NCBI GenBank assembly: GCA_013265495.1
Contig: MU057560.1
Coordinates: forward strand, 3,596,909-3,660,908
Direction of reading: 5' to 3'
DNA length: 64,000 bases
Source of the DNA: Vicugna vicugna
Taxonomy: Eukaryota
Shown here: positions 26,005 to 38,297 of the stretch, in pieces
How positions within the stretch are numbered: the stretch's first letter is position 1
Layout of the letters: every line of letters begins with the position of its first letter
Program-made: the position numbers and the translations under genes
The notes under the pieces: generated by a model
The model's database searches: none
Told to the model about the DNA's origin: nothing
The model's input: the letters and a program-made list of their open reading frames with translations, nothing else

Positions 26005-26410
26005 GGTAATGAAGGTCATTTTAGGATTTGTGTGTTCTCCGGGTGGAGTCTAAACAGCACGCTGTTTTCCAGGAACTTGGAGTCCGCTGCCTCCAGTCAG
26101 AGCTGAGCTGGTTGAGACTAAGCAGGACCCCCGGCCCTCCAGCTGGCATGTAGGGGTGCCGCTAGTGACCTCCTGGGGGCAGAGGGCTGAAGCTCCACCC
26201 TCAGGTCATGCTAAGCACCTCCATTTTTGAGCATGCAGAGGCCAGTGTCTTGATTACAGATGACAGAACAAGCCCAGCACCTTTTCCCGACTACCCGTGG
26301 GCACCTCGCCTCGGGCAGGCAGATCTGAGACTCGTTCTCCCAGCTTCTCGCATGGCTGCCTTGAGAATAAACCCACTCTTTGCTGTGAACCTCGGAGTCT
26401 CAGTGTCTGG
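26005..26410 (+). mobile_element. Diverged ERV1-class LTR
   Basis: gcagatctgagactcgttctcccagcttctcgcatggctgccttgagaataaaccc R/U5-like signature; ends not resolved. Confidence 0.55.
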
Positions 26411-27619
26411 AGGCCAGCTGGGGGTCAGTCCAGAAGGACTTTCTGCCCAAGGCTCTGTGGGCCCTTGGAGGTCCTAAGAGCCTTTGGACCAGTCCCAGCA
26501 GCTGCCTGCCCCTTCGTTCCAGGCACCACACTTCCCCTGGGAGATGCCACCAACCTTTGGCATTTAGTTTTGTTTTGCAGCAAAAAAGACAATTTTGGGG
26601 CTTTGCTTTTGGGGTTTGGAAGCTGTATCAAACTTGCATAACCCCATTACAGAAATACACCTGTACCTAGATTGCTTGGCAATCCTGGCCAGATTGTGGG
26701 TTGGAGGCCTGCCTGGCGGGATTCTGGCAGACAGTATAAAAGGTTACAGCTGCTGAGTTTCTCTGCACCTGGGCTAGAGGCCCAGCTGGGTCCACCAGTA
26801 CCTCCCTCCGGGCCCGATGACTGTGATGGTGGGAAATCGACTTCCGGACTCTGGTCCACGGGGGGCACTCACTCCATTTTAAACAACCAGCTCTCGAAAC
26901 TTACCTCTGAGACTGTGTTAGTAGTTAGGGTGCCCAGAAGACCCTGAAAAAGCCAAGAAGACCAGGCACGTACAGTCCTTGGACAACGACAACACAGTAA
27001 CATTTATCCATGAAAATGAAGGGGGGAAATGTTAAACATTATTGAATTTTAAAAATCAGAATACAAAATGGTATGTCAATATGATTCCATTTTTTTAATT
27101 TAAAAATGTATATATGACAAAAAACAGGTTTGATAAACATCAAACTATTAACAGTGGGTAGATCTGAGTAATTCGGATGGTATGAATCAACTGTATTTAT
27201 TCATAACAGAAGTTATTTGGAAAATAGAAACCTGACCAGCCACCCTTGAACCAACCAGGTGCCAGGCCTCTGTCCATGACCCTATGGAGGAGGGAAGGGC
27301 GCGGGGCCCTGGGCCAGCATTACCTCCTGGTGGGTGTGGTGAGCATGGTTCCCAAGATGCATGTCTGTGGACGTGGCCTGAGGGACCTCGAGCAGTGGTC
27401 GTGGGGTCATCAGACAACCAAGACAGTTGAGACGAAGACCATCCCGGGCAGATGGAACAGGAGCAAAGCCTCACCCAGGACACGGCAGAGGCCGTGAGCT
27501 CAGAGCAGGCAAGGGGTGGGGAGCAGTGTGGGGCGAGGGTGGCGGGGGCTTCCGTAGAGAGTCTGCAGTCATTAAGTCCCTAATGAGTAACCCCGTGTGC
27601 TCGTGGATTCTGTGGTCTC

Positions 27620-30050
27620 TCCCTCCGGTCCTTCCTGAGCCTCATCTCCAGGCCACCACTCACCTGGTTTCTGTCACTACGGACTGCCCCTGCACTTCCT
27701 AGAACTGTATATATGTGGAACCATTACTGTGAACTCTTTTTGGTCTGGTTTACTATAGTCAGCATTTTTCTGAGGTTTATCAGTGTTGTTGCATTGTCAA
27801 TAGTTTATTCTATGCTATTGCTGAGAGGCGAGTTGCAGTCTGTTGTGTGCTGTACCCCCGTTTTTATCCTTTCACCACAGACATTTCCCCCTAGTTCTTG
27901 GCTAAAATAAAACGCAAGTTTCTTAAACATTCTTGTCCAAGTCTCTGCAATGGACATACCCTTTATTTCTCTTGAGTAAACACACAGGAATGGAAGGTGC
28001 ACGGCTTAGTGATTAAAAACTGTCAACAGTTCTCCCAAGTGGCTGTACCTGTTTGCATTCCCAGCAGCAGCCACGAGGGGTCCGGTCCCTCTGCACTTGG
28101 CTTGTTGGTCACTGAAGGGTCTGAAGTGTGACGTCATTCACTTCCAGTTTTATTGGTTCCGTTTCCATTTTCGCTTCCCTGACGACCGAAGACGCTGGCA
28201 TCTTATCCTGTGCTTATCTGACGTCTCCACGTCTTTAATAAACTGCCCAGTTCGATTTCTTCTATTTTTATATTGGCTCTGTTTCTTATTATTGAGTTTT
28301 GTTACTTTATATATTTTGGATAAAATCAGATATAAGATTTGCAAATATTTTCTCTCAGTCTATGGCTTATATTTTTCTCTTAACAGTGTATTTCAAAGAG
28401 CAAATGTTTAATTTTGATGAAGTTCACTTTATTAATTTTTCATTTTGTGGATTACACTTTTAGTGTTTAATCTAAGAAGTATTTGCCTAAACCTAGGTTA
28501 CAAAGATTTTTCTCCTATGTTTTCTTGCAGCATTTTATAGTTTTAGCTTTAACATTTTAGGTCTATGACCCATTTGGAGATCATTTTTCTGCATGGTGAG
28601 AGAGAGATCTCAAAAAAAGTTTTTTAGTGTTGATTCTTTTTCTTGTACTAGGAATACATTAGGCTCCCTGAACCCAAGAGCTGCCTTTTCAACAATTCTG
28701 AAAAAAATTCTAAGCAAACTTTCTTAAAATACTGTCGTGATCTCAACCTCTTTTTTCCTTTGAAGGTCTCATTAAGCATACATTAAACCTTCTCACTCTG
28801 ACATACTTCTTACACCCTTCTGTGTTTTCTGTCTTTGTCTAGTTAGACTGTATTTTGAACCACTTATTTAGATATATACTCTAGTGTCCTGACTCATCTT
28901 CAGGTGTGTCTAATCTGCTGCTTAATACACCTGTCAAGTTCTAAGTTTCAGGTGTTGCATTCTTCACTGATAGAGATTCCGCCAGTTTCATTTTCAGATA
29001 CGCTTCTTCCTTTGTCTCTGGTTTTTGCTTGTATTGTCAAGTTCCTTTATTTCTCTTATAGTTGTTTTATATTTTATATCTGACAATGTCAGTACTAGAC
29101 ATCATTGTAAGTCTAAGTCTTTGCTTTGTACTCAGTTCTTTGCTATTTCTCACTCATAATGCCTTGCTCCTTTGCTCTGTGGGTTTTTTTTTTTAATAGA
29201 AAAGCAATTAATTTCATGGCAACTATTCTTACGTCTCAACTTAAAGTTGCAGGTATCCAGAGGAAAATTGTTTCTGCTAGTATCCTGGGGCTCTGGGAGC
29301 CCAGAACTGCTTTACACTGAAGTACCTAATTGAGACGTTTGGACCACACAGGTAGTAAATGTGGGTCTTAATCCTGTACACACAATCTGCATCACTGTTG
29401 ACACAGGACTGTTTCCTTTTCCCCTCTGGGTGCAGAGTTCTCCTCCTGCTGGCGCTTGCCTCGAGCACACAATATTTCAGAGTCTCAAGTTACTTAGGGG
29501 ATCTGTTCTTGGTCTTCCACCCACCACAGGGGGTGGCTGTTTCTCCTGTTTCGTATCCAGTTCTGCCTTCAAACTGGGTCCAGTCTGGGTCTAGTCTGGC
29601 TGAGGCATTATCTACCCACCAGGATTCCTGCTTGCACTGTTTTTGCCCTCTGCTTTCCTTATTTTTATGCCAGCTCATCACTGCTTGTAGAAATCCCCCT
29701 ATTTTTCCTTTATCCCAGTTGACTTACTGTTGGAAGTGGACTGAGATGGTAAAGCTGCTGGTGCACTCAGTGCCGGTCCCTCCAGAGTCTGCTCATCACC
29801 ATCCAGCAGGGGACCTGGTGGCCCCTCCACACCTGCCCCCATACAGCAGCGTCCAGTCTCTCTGCTTGACATCCCTCACAGTTCACGTGGAGTCTGCAGA
29901 TTATACCTGCTCCCTTGTTTTGCTGATAATTGTTTTCATTCAGTTTAAAAAAATTCATTGCCCTTGTGGCTTTTTAGTGACTTCCAGGAGGGGAGTGCGG
30001 GATACTGACTTATTCAGCTGCATTCAATCTGGAAGTCAGGATTGACATGT
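27620..30050 (-). mobile_element. Old L1 fragments (3' ORF2, then ORF1/5'-like segments)
   Basis: ttgcattcccagcagcag, tttaattttgatgaagttc, ggtctatgacccatttggag are antisense L1 landmarks; right half much more diverged. Confidence 0.6.
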
Positions 30051-31129
30051 CCAAATTTTAACATGTCACTATTTTCATGTGAACTGGATAAATACATAAA
30101 TTTCACATCAAACACATTGTTTCATAAATCACATTAGGATAAGGCCAAAGGTAGACTTTTTAAAAATCTACATTAGATTTATACAAACCATAGGCATGTG
30201 CATTTAAGAATACAGATAAATATTTTTAGTTTAAAAATATTTAAATAATCATATGCTTATGTTCTAAATTTTGGTTAGCATGAATAAAGTAAAACTTAAA
30301 AAGCGTATTTTCTAAGCTTCATTTCCATGCACACCCTAAGATCTGGATGTGGACAGTTTTCATCATAGGAAGGTGTTTGACAGTAGTCAAAATCGACTCA
30401 CTTTTGGTTACACAGAGATACCCTTGCCACTAGAATTACGCTGAAGATTTAATACAATGGTGAAAGTTGTCAGTAATATTAAGATCAGGATACTACATTC
30501 TTCATTTTAGAGAAAGTCATATAAAACATTTCAAATTTGGGCTTCACAAATATTTTCTCAAACCGGACTTCTCAAAAGTAGTGGGTGGAAAACAGACCAC
30601 TTACGCTCTCCTTCTGAACATGAAACAGCTTAACACAGCAAAAGATTAGTCCATTGTTCTAGAAGACTCCTGGGAACAAAATTATTTTTAAAAAATAGTT
30701 ACTTTCTTAATTTTGATTGTAAGTTAATGAGAAATTAATAAGAAGTTGTGGTAAAATAATTGTGATTTTTTAAACACATGAGTTAGCATTTGCAGAATGG
30801 CTTAACACTGAGACCAAAGCATTTAATTTTCTTAAATAAAAAGTTACTTTTATCTTAGAGTAAATGACACCTAAAAAATCTGTTTTGTTTGTTACTAACT
30901 CTTCATAAATCTCCATTTTTTCCCCTCATTTGGGAAATATATTTAAGTTTTCATTCTATAAAATCCAATAGCTATATTAAGATGTTTAATTTTATTTTTT
31001 TTAAAGTGATATTTTTTGTACTCAGGCTTACATGTAAAAATTTGCTGATTTTCTAAGTCAAGTGATACCAATTTTTCACTTAAAATGTCCATACAAGATT
31101 TCCATTTGAAAAATGCTAAGTAGTGTGTT

Positions 31130-31226
31130 GGGGGGTGGATATAGCTCTGTGGTAGAGTGCATGCTTAGCATGCAAGAGGTCCTGGGTTCAGTCCCCAGAA
31201 CCGCCATTGAAAAAAAGAAAATAAAA
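31130..31226 (+). mobile_element. tRNA-derived camelid SINE (Vic-1 type)
   Basis: tatagctctgtggtagagtgcatgcttagcatgcaagaggtcctgggttcagtcccc with A box, B box and A-rich tail. Confidence 0.88.
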
Positions 31227-32344
31227 GGGTTAAGTAACCAAAGATAGTTTTCTAAGGAGGTAAAAAATAATGTGACATTATACATAAATGACAGGTGTTT
31301 GAGGAACAGTGCCTTAGGAGATACAGGCACCTGCTATAAGAAATGTGGCGACTGTCTGTGACTCATGTGATTCTGAAAACTAGGGTTACATGAGGCAGAT
31401 GCTGTTAGCACAGCACAATTGTTCAGAGAGGTTTTGTACAAACGAATTACATAGCTTGATGTGAATGTCAGGGTCAGTGTTTGATTTCTAAACTACAAAA
31501 TAAACAATGCTATGCACAGTAAATAAAATGCATCATTGATTTAATTTCACTTAAATTAAATTAGGGAGACAAACACAATCTAAGAAATGCAATGCTGCAG
31601 ACTCATGTTAATGTTACGGAAAATTAGAATAATCACCCTTCCTGACCCTATTTCTACTCAAAATTTTCAGTAGCATGTTGGATTTCACTTTAAATGACTT
31701 GGTTATCACAGTCTTAGCAAATTTGGCAGGGATTACAAATATGTAAAATGATAGTTGAGTATCTAAATGTGTTTACAAACTAGAGTAAAAGATCAAATCT
31801 AATATCATATAATTCAAGTACAATAAATAGCATTTTACTCCCCTGTCCAACAGCCCATTCCCCAGATTCAATAAACATAAGTGGCAAAGGAATAGCTTTC
31901 AAAAGTGAGCATGGCTATTCAAGAATTTCCATGTTCTTAATTCACAGTCAATGCTCAATGAAATGTTTATCTTACACAAAGGAAAGGAAGGATGGAAATC
32001 CATCTTCTCAAAATCTGCTTTTCTCTTCTTGGAACCTGAGAGAAGCAGGCCAGCCTGACACCCCCTCCCCTGGAATTTTATCCACAGTGTTCATGGGAAT
32101 GCAAAGGTGCAATTGTTGAACGACTACTGGAGCATCGAGGCCATGCTGATGTAACAACCCTCACAGTCAAAGTGTATGTGGATGGCCTGGCACGTCTGGG
32201 GTGCAGCCAGGAAAAGATGGGTGTGTCTGACTTGGAATCATCTGGAGGTGACAAGCTTTGTGCCTGTCTGGAATCCAGTCCCTGTCACACAGTATTTTTG
32301 GGAATGTCTCTATACAAGAGCCCAAGTGAGTACTTAAGGTGCCG

Positions 32345-33810
32345 TGAGATTAATGTTCACCTCCAAAAAGAAGTTTTCCACTAAATCTACCAGCAGTCTT
32401 TGAAGATCCACCACGTGTAAATAAAGCATCATTTTGAGCAGTATCAAAGAACACAGAAGTGACAAAAAAGGAGAGGAAAAACCACACAGTGACCCTGACT
32501 ATGTTGCAGGTGAGCGACACCCCCACACTGAAGGAGCAGGAGAGAGACACCTCACCTGAACGAACTTGACGGTGTTTTGACTGAAAAAAACTAAGCTAAA
32601 ATTGTACACAAGTACTGTCCTCTAGTTGGTGAATTTGTTGTTTGGTGATGTGGGATAGCAACTCTAGAACAGCTTTATGGATGCACTAGGATTGGACAAG
32701 CCAGGAGGTACGTTGTGGATAATGTTTCTCATCCTCAGAAAAAGAAGTTTCAAGTACATCAAGGAGTAAGACAGGAGTAAACCCTGGTTTTGGATAGAAT
32801 CAGAGGCATCAGTATGAGCACATGGCTTCTAATATCTACACAGATAAGTGGAGAGAGACGTGTGTGTGCCTGGGTCATGCACCGCTCTGTCCGGGGAGAG
32901 GTCCCAGAGGCAATGACACCCTGTTTGTTCTGCACTCACCACATCCTGGTTTCAAAATTCCATTAAAATACCATCTAAATATCAGTAAAAGGAGCCAGGG
33001 TTCCTTGGAGAATTTGCTGGTTCCAGGGCTGGGGTGCAGGGAAAAAACACAAGATGAGCCTGGGAGATCTTGTTGGGCCAGAATGTAAGGAAGTGCTCAG
33101 AAAGGGCGTGGAAACATGGAAAGGGAAGAGGAGCTCACCTGCATGGGTGCCCAACCACCCAAGCCTGAATAATCTGGGCAACAAAATAAATAATGAAAAT
33201 ATTCTATTATGACCCCAAAAATAAACACCCATGAGCCCATACTGATATAAATCATTGAATAAATGCATAAATGAGGGAGAAGGGCAGCAACTCCTCACAG
33301 AAGAATTCCAACCAATAATGTAAAAGGAATCAAGGAAGTATAAAGTCACCATTAGACACAACAGTTATCATTCTTTCAGGCGAGATACACTCATGGCTGC
33401 AAAATTAGGGGCAAAGGATTCATACATAGCTTCAAAGTATCTCCCCAAGATATTTAGTGAATAAAAGGGAAACAAAGTAACCCTGCAATGGAGAAACCCA
33501 GAAGGCAGTGCTTCAGTCAAGGGATCAGGGTTACACCACCAATAAGATGTTGGGGAACAGTCGGCCCAGTACCTGAGCAGAGCTCTCCAAGACCTTCCTT
33601 TCTCATGAAAGACATGGAGACGCAGAGAAGCACTAGACAGATTCCTGGACCAACCAAGGGCATCCATGCAAAAACATGAAACCAAAATTAATTCTGCGGT
33701 CAATCGTTTTGATAATTAATAAGATACTAACATTAGAAAATGGTGGAAAATCTATGCAGTGTTTTTGCAAATTTTCTGTAAGTCCAAAATTATTTTAAAG
33801 TAAGAAATAC
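32345..33810 (+). mobile_element. L1MC-type 3' end
   Basis: aaaaggagccagggttccttggaga, catgagcccatactgatataaat and terminal tttttgcaaattttctgtaagtccaaaatt match recalled L1MC3/4 3' UTR. Confidence 0.7.
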
Positions 33811-35029
33811 ACAATTGTAATTGAATTTTTTGCATAAAGAGTTTTTTTTTTTTTAAGGTTTCTATGTTTTTAAGCATTGCATGAATATGCCTTTAAGGCC
33901 AGAGTCTCTCTACTTGGCATTCTTAAGGGTTAGGGCTCAATTGCTGTGCTTGGCTGGGCTGCTGTTGTGTTTGGCTTTTCTGTATGTTTTTATATGCACT
34001 TTTCCATTATTTCATAACTGCATTTTTATTATCATAGCCGTGCAAACAAAGCTGTCTGTCTTCAGACCCAGTTCTTGTGGGACGACATCAGCAAAGGCCA
34101 AGGGGTGGAAACCAAGGAGGGAGACTTTGCCTGAACCAAGGGTGCTTCTCACTGAGCTCAGCAGGTCACCTGGAGGCTCCCTGCGGTCCTAGGGCCACTG
34201 TGCCCACACACGACATGAGACTTCCGGGGAAGCTGCCCAGACTTCGACATCAGTCTGGAACAGAAAGAAAGAGGCCCTGAGTGATTTCTCTTCTTTTTCT
34301 CTGTCTGGATGAAGCTGCACTGTGACCACACTGCCCCTTGACCAGATGGCTCTGCTGTTCGTGTTTCCAGACTTCCTGGTTTCCACATACGAGAAGCTGG
34401 CATTTCTCTCTGGTTAAGGCTGATGTTCAGATAAATCCTGTGGGGCCAGTTTAGTACCTGACAGACTGACCCCTCCATCAAATACCCCAAAATCCTTACT
34501 GGTCACAGTACAAGCTGATACAACTGTGCCATCCTAAGAAGACAGTGATTAAAGAATTTAGTTAAAAACAATAAAACAAATTGTTTAAATCTTACACAAT
34601 TATATTCAAAAAGGAAAGCAATGTTTTTTCTTCATCCTGTTAAAATGTCCGTATTTTAATGTGAACAAAATACAAACATTGCATGTGTATTTTAGGCCTC
34701 ATGGTTTCCCAGATCCTGCCAAACCCGTTCCCTCAACTAACCTCATGCTGAATGGGTGGCGTCACCATGCAAGCGTCAGTGGTCCTGCCCACCTGCCACG
34801 GCAAGTGTGTGACAGAGCCAGAGCCCCGGGTCAGTGGGTGTGCTGGTTCCAAACCCATGCAGAGGCTCCAACCAGCCCTGAGACTGGGAAAAACAGGCTC
34901 TCCCACCCGGGCTGGTCTGCCGTACCTTCTCAGGGTCCTGCGTTTGAAGTAATTTATGCGTAGTCACGTCAATATCAAGTCAACATGACATGCTGGAACC
35001 AGACCGCTGGGCCCAGGGCTAAACCTGAC

Positions 35030-35210
35030 CAGACTCAGCTGCCTGGGTTTGACTCTGGCTCTGCTGCCTACAGGCTCTGTGATTTATGCAAGAGGCTTTC
35101 CATCTGTGAAACAGGTATGAAAGAAGTTCATGCATGTAAGTAATCTCATCCAGTGCCGAGCACTTAGGAAATGCTCAGTGAACATTACTGAAGTGTTATC
35201 ACTATTACTG
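35030..35210. mobile_element. MIR
   Basis: ctgcctgggtttgactctggctctgc...tttccatctgtgaaacagg...aaatgctcagtgaacatt. Confidence 0.7.
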
Positions 35211-35744
35211 CTGTCATGTGAAGTTTGCACGTGAACTGGGGCTCAGCATTGATCAGTATGTGTAAACGCAACTGGTGGTCAGAGTTCAGCTGCTGTGCTT
35301 TACTTGGCATTTGCTGCTTTCTGCGTGACCATCGGTAGACTGTCTGCATCAAGGAACGTGACAGTGGGGCATCAGGCCCTGGGCATCAGGCAGGGTTGTT
35401 CATCAGGACTTCCTGCACCCAGGGGCTTGGTGGGTACTTGCTGGTCTGACTGTAGTTTCTGTGGCACGTTTATTCAGGACTGAACCTACCTGTAACACAC
35501 GCTGTATTTTCTGTGCCTGTTTGCATCTCTGTGTCTCCCACCAGATAGCAGTGCCTTCCTGGAGGACAGAGGCTGTGTCATTATGCACTCAGCTACTGAC
35601 CTGCAGGAAATGCCAGTTAATAAATGGAAGTTGGGTAAGTCTTGTGATTTCCAGGTGAACAATTTATACCTACGTACATATTAAGACCATGCTCTATAAG
35701 AATTTATTATGAGTCTGTTATGTTAGATGCCCCTTCAATCATCT

Positions 35745-35840
35745 ATATGTTCAATCAACATGTGTTTATTGAGTATCTACTGTGTGCCAGACACCATTCA
35801 AGGCAGAATAAAGAAGACAAATATCCCTGCCCTTGTGTAG
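35745..35840 (-). mobile_element. L2 3' end
   Basis: tttattgagtatctactgtgtgccagacacc...atccctgcccttgtg. Confidence 0.65.
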
Positions 35841-37129
35841 TGGTGTGAGAAATATTACTGTTCTGGTGCAAAACAGAAGGTGCTAGCACTCTTGTCATTC
35901 ATTGGGGTCTAGAAAAACAGCACAAGAGTGCATTAGAAACAGTGTTTGGTACACCCACTCTCTCTGATGCCATACTGTGAAATAAAACTGAAAGCCAACT
36001 AGGTTCCATGAAATCGCTCCAGACCACTTCTTCCCCTAGACATCCTGAAGCCAGGTGTTTCCCACAGGCCAAACCCAAGCCTAGTGGGGAACAGTCTCTT
36101 CCTGCCTGTGAGGTCCCGATGGGCAGTTTGTGCCTCCCTCACCTTCTCTTCTCAGATCTCTCTCAGCCATGTGTCAGGCTGGCAAACGTCCCCCTGAGCC
36201 AAAGCAAGTCTGGTAGCTTGCACCCTTGCAAAGATGTGGAAAACAAATTAAGGCAGAAAAGGACATGAACACATGTGGGTGTACGTTTGAAGAGCTCAAA
36301 AGTGATCCACAGACTCGCAAAGCTAATTTTTACTCAGTGGGTTGGATTTTTTCCCCCATAATTATGCTAAAATGGTCACGGTGCTTTTTTCCCACACAGT
36401 AAGCACAGAGGAGGGACACCGTCTTCTGTGGACCTTGTGAGGGTTGTTTGCAAAGCACCCATCCCTCCAAAAGGCAGCCTTGATCTGGATTTATTTTTGT
36501 AATTACATGCACGTTATCTAAAAGAAACACAGCACATGGGAAAGGATAAAGTTTAAAATTAAACTGTGGGAATGTGGGCACCAGCCAGAGAAAAGAGAGC
36601 CAAGGGAGAGTGAGCGTGTGCTGAGACGCCCACCCCAGCGAGACGGCCCTCGCCACGGAGACCAGGCTCCAGGAGGCAGAGACGGGACAAATCCACTTCA
36701 CTCTGAAATAGTTAATGAATTTCAAAGTATGTGAAGCATAGAGGAAAGTCAGCTGTTGTTGGCCACGCAGGTAATAACGTGTAACTCCTCAAGGCCTGCA
36801 GTTTAGGGGCGTGTTTCTTTCATCACGGTGCAACAACATTTTATTCACAGCCATGTGAACATTATATTTACTGGTATTAAGAAGATCTGAAATGTGACTC
36901 AGCCGTTACAATTATGATTACGGCAAGTAAATAACAAGACAGAAAGTGCCTATAGCATGTTGTTGAGAAAAAATTTAGGATAGACCATTTTACACGCATT
37001 AGGACCAAGCTTTGTAAAATTGGTGTATGTCTGGAGACTGGAAGGGAAAACAAAGGTGAACACATTTTGCGCATTAGAGTGCTGTGGTTGTGCATTTAGA
37101 TTTATCTTTGTCCAGCATTTTATATCACG

Positions 37130-37691
37130 GTTTTTAATTTTTTTTAATTTTTTTATTTTTAATTTTTCTTCAGAGGTTTTTTTGACTTCGTTTTTGTTTC
37201 AGTTGAACTATAGTCAGTTTATAATGTTTTGTTAATTTCTGGTGTACAACATGTTTCAAGCATACATGTACATACATATATTCCTTTTCATATTCTTTTT
37301 CATTACAGGTTAATACAAGATATTAAATATAGTTCCCTGTGCTGTACAGAAGAAACTTGTTATTTATCCATTTTATACATACTAGTTAGTATCTGCAAAT
37401 CTCAAACTTCCAATTTATCCCTCCCCACCCCTTCACCCCTGGTGACCGTATGTTTGTTTTCTACATCTGTAAGTCTATTTCTGTTTTGTAAATAAGTTCA
37501 TTTATGCCTTTTTTTCCTTTTCAGTTCCACATTTAAGTGATATCATATGACATTTTCCTTTCTCTGTCTGACTTACTTCACTTAGAATGATGATTTCCAG
37601 GTCTATCCATGTTGCTCCAAATGACATTATTTTATTCTTTTTTATGTCTGAGCAGTGCTCCATTGTGTATATACAACACATCTCCTTTATC
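37130..37691 (-). mobile_element. L1 3' end, intermediate age
   Basis: T-rich tail, then atagttccctgtgctgtacag and gacttacttcacttagaatgatg...ccatgttgctccaaatg. Confidence 0.88.
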
Positions 37692-38144
37692 AGTTATGTT
37701 TTACTTTCTTAATAACAGCTAAAAAAGAAAAAGAATTCAAGTAGAAATTATTTTTTTCCAAAGGGTAAAGATAAACACAGCCAGGATATTAGTTTATTCT
37801 TGCTTTGTTCTGGCTTACCCTTGCCAAGCTAGATGGAATTTCTCTCCTGGCACCTCCGAGGAGATTACAGTTATAATGTCAGTTCTGGGAAGAGACTGTC
37901 CCATGAGGTTACATGTCAACCCCTTAGAAGCAAGTTCAGTGCATTTCAATGTGGACTGTTCAATGTGTTACTTATGTTCTAAAAGTTACCTGGGCAGTGA
38001 TCCACACAGTACACACATTTAGAGAGCATATTTCCTGTTTTAAGTCATCAGAAGTGAATTGTTTCTCACTCAACAGGACCAACAGTGGATGTGCAGGGAC
38101 TGTGTCTGGCTCCATGGCTGGGTGGCCATGGAAGGGGCAAACCT

Positions 38145-38297
38145 TGCCCAGGCCTCTCCACCACCCCTGCCCAGGCCTCTCCACCACCAGCTGCCCAGGC
38201 CTCTCCACCACCCGCTGCCCAGGCCTCTCCACCACCCCTGCCCAGGCCTCTCCACCACCCCCTGCCCAGGCCTCTCCACCACCCGCTGCCGAGGCCT
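38145..38297. repeat. GC-rich minisatellite, 23-24 nt unit TGCCCAGGCCTCTCCACCACC(CC/AGC/CGC/CCC), 6 copies plus a partial
   Basis: Units start at 38145, 38168, 38192, 38216, 38239, 38263, 38287. Confidence 0.97.

Noticed and set aside
29359..30045. Longest ORF in the window (228 aa, + strand)
   Set aside because: Leu/Ser/Pro/Cys-rich with no recognisable domain or splice context; lies in what looks like antisense old-L1 sequence
38145..38297. CRISPR-like regular repeats
   Set aside because: Head-to-tail units with no unique spacers in a mammalian genome
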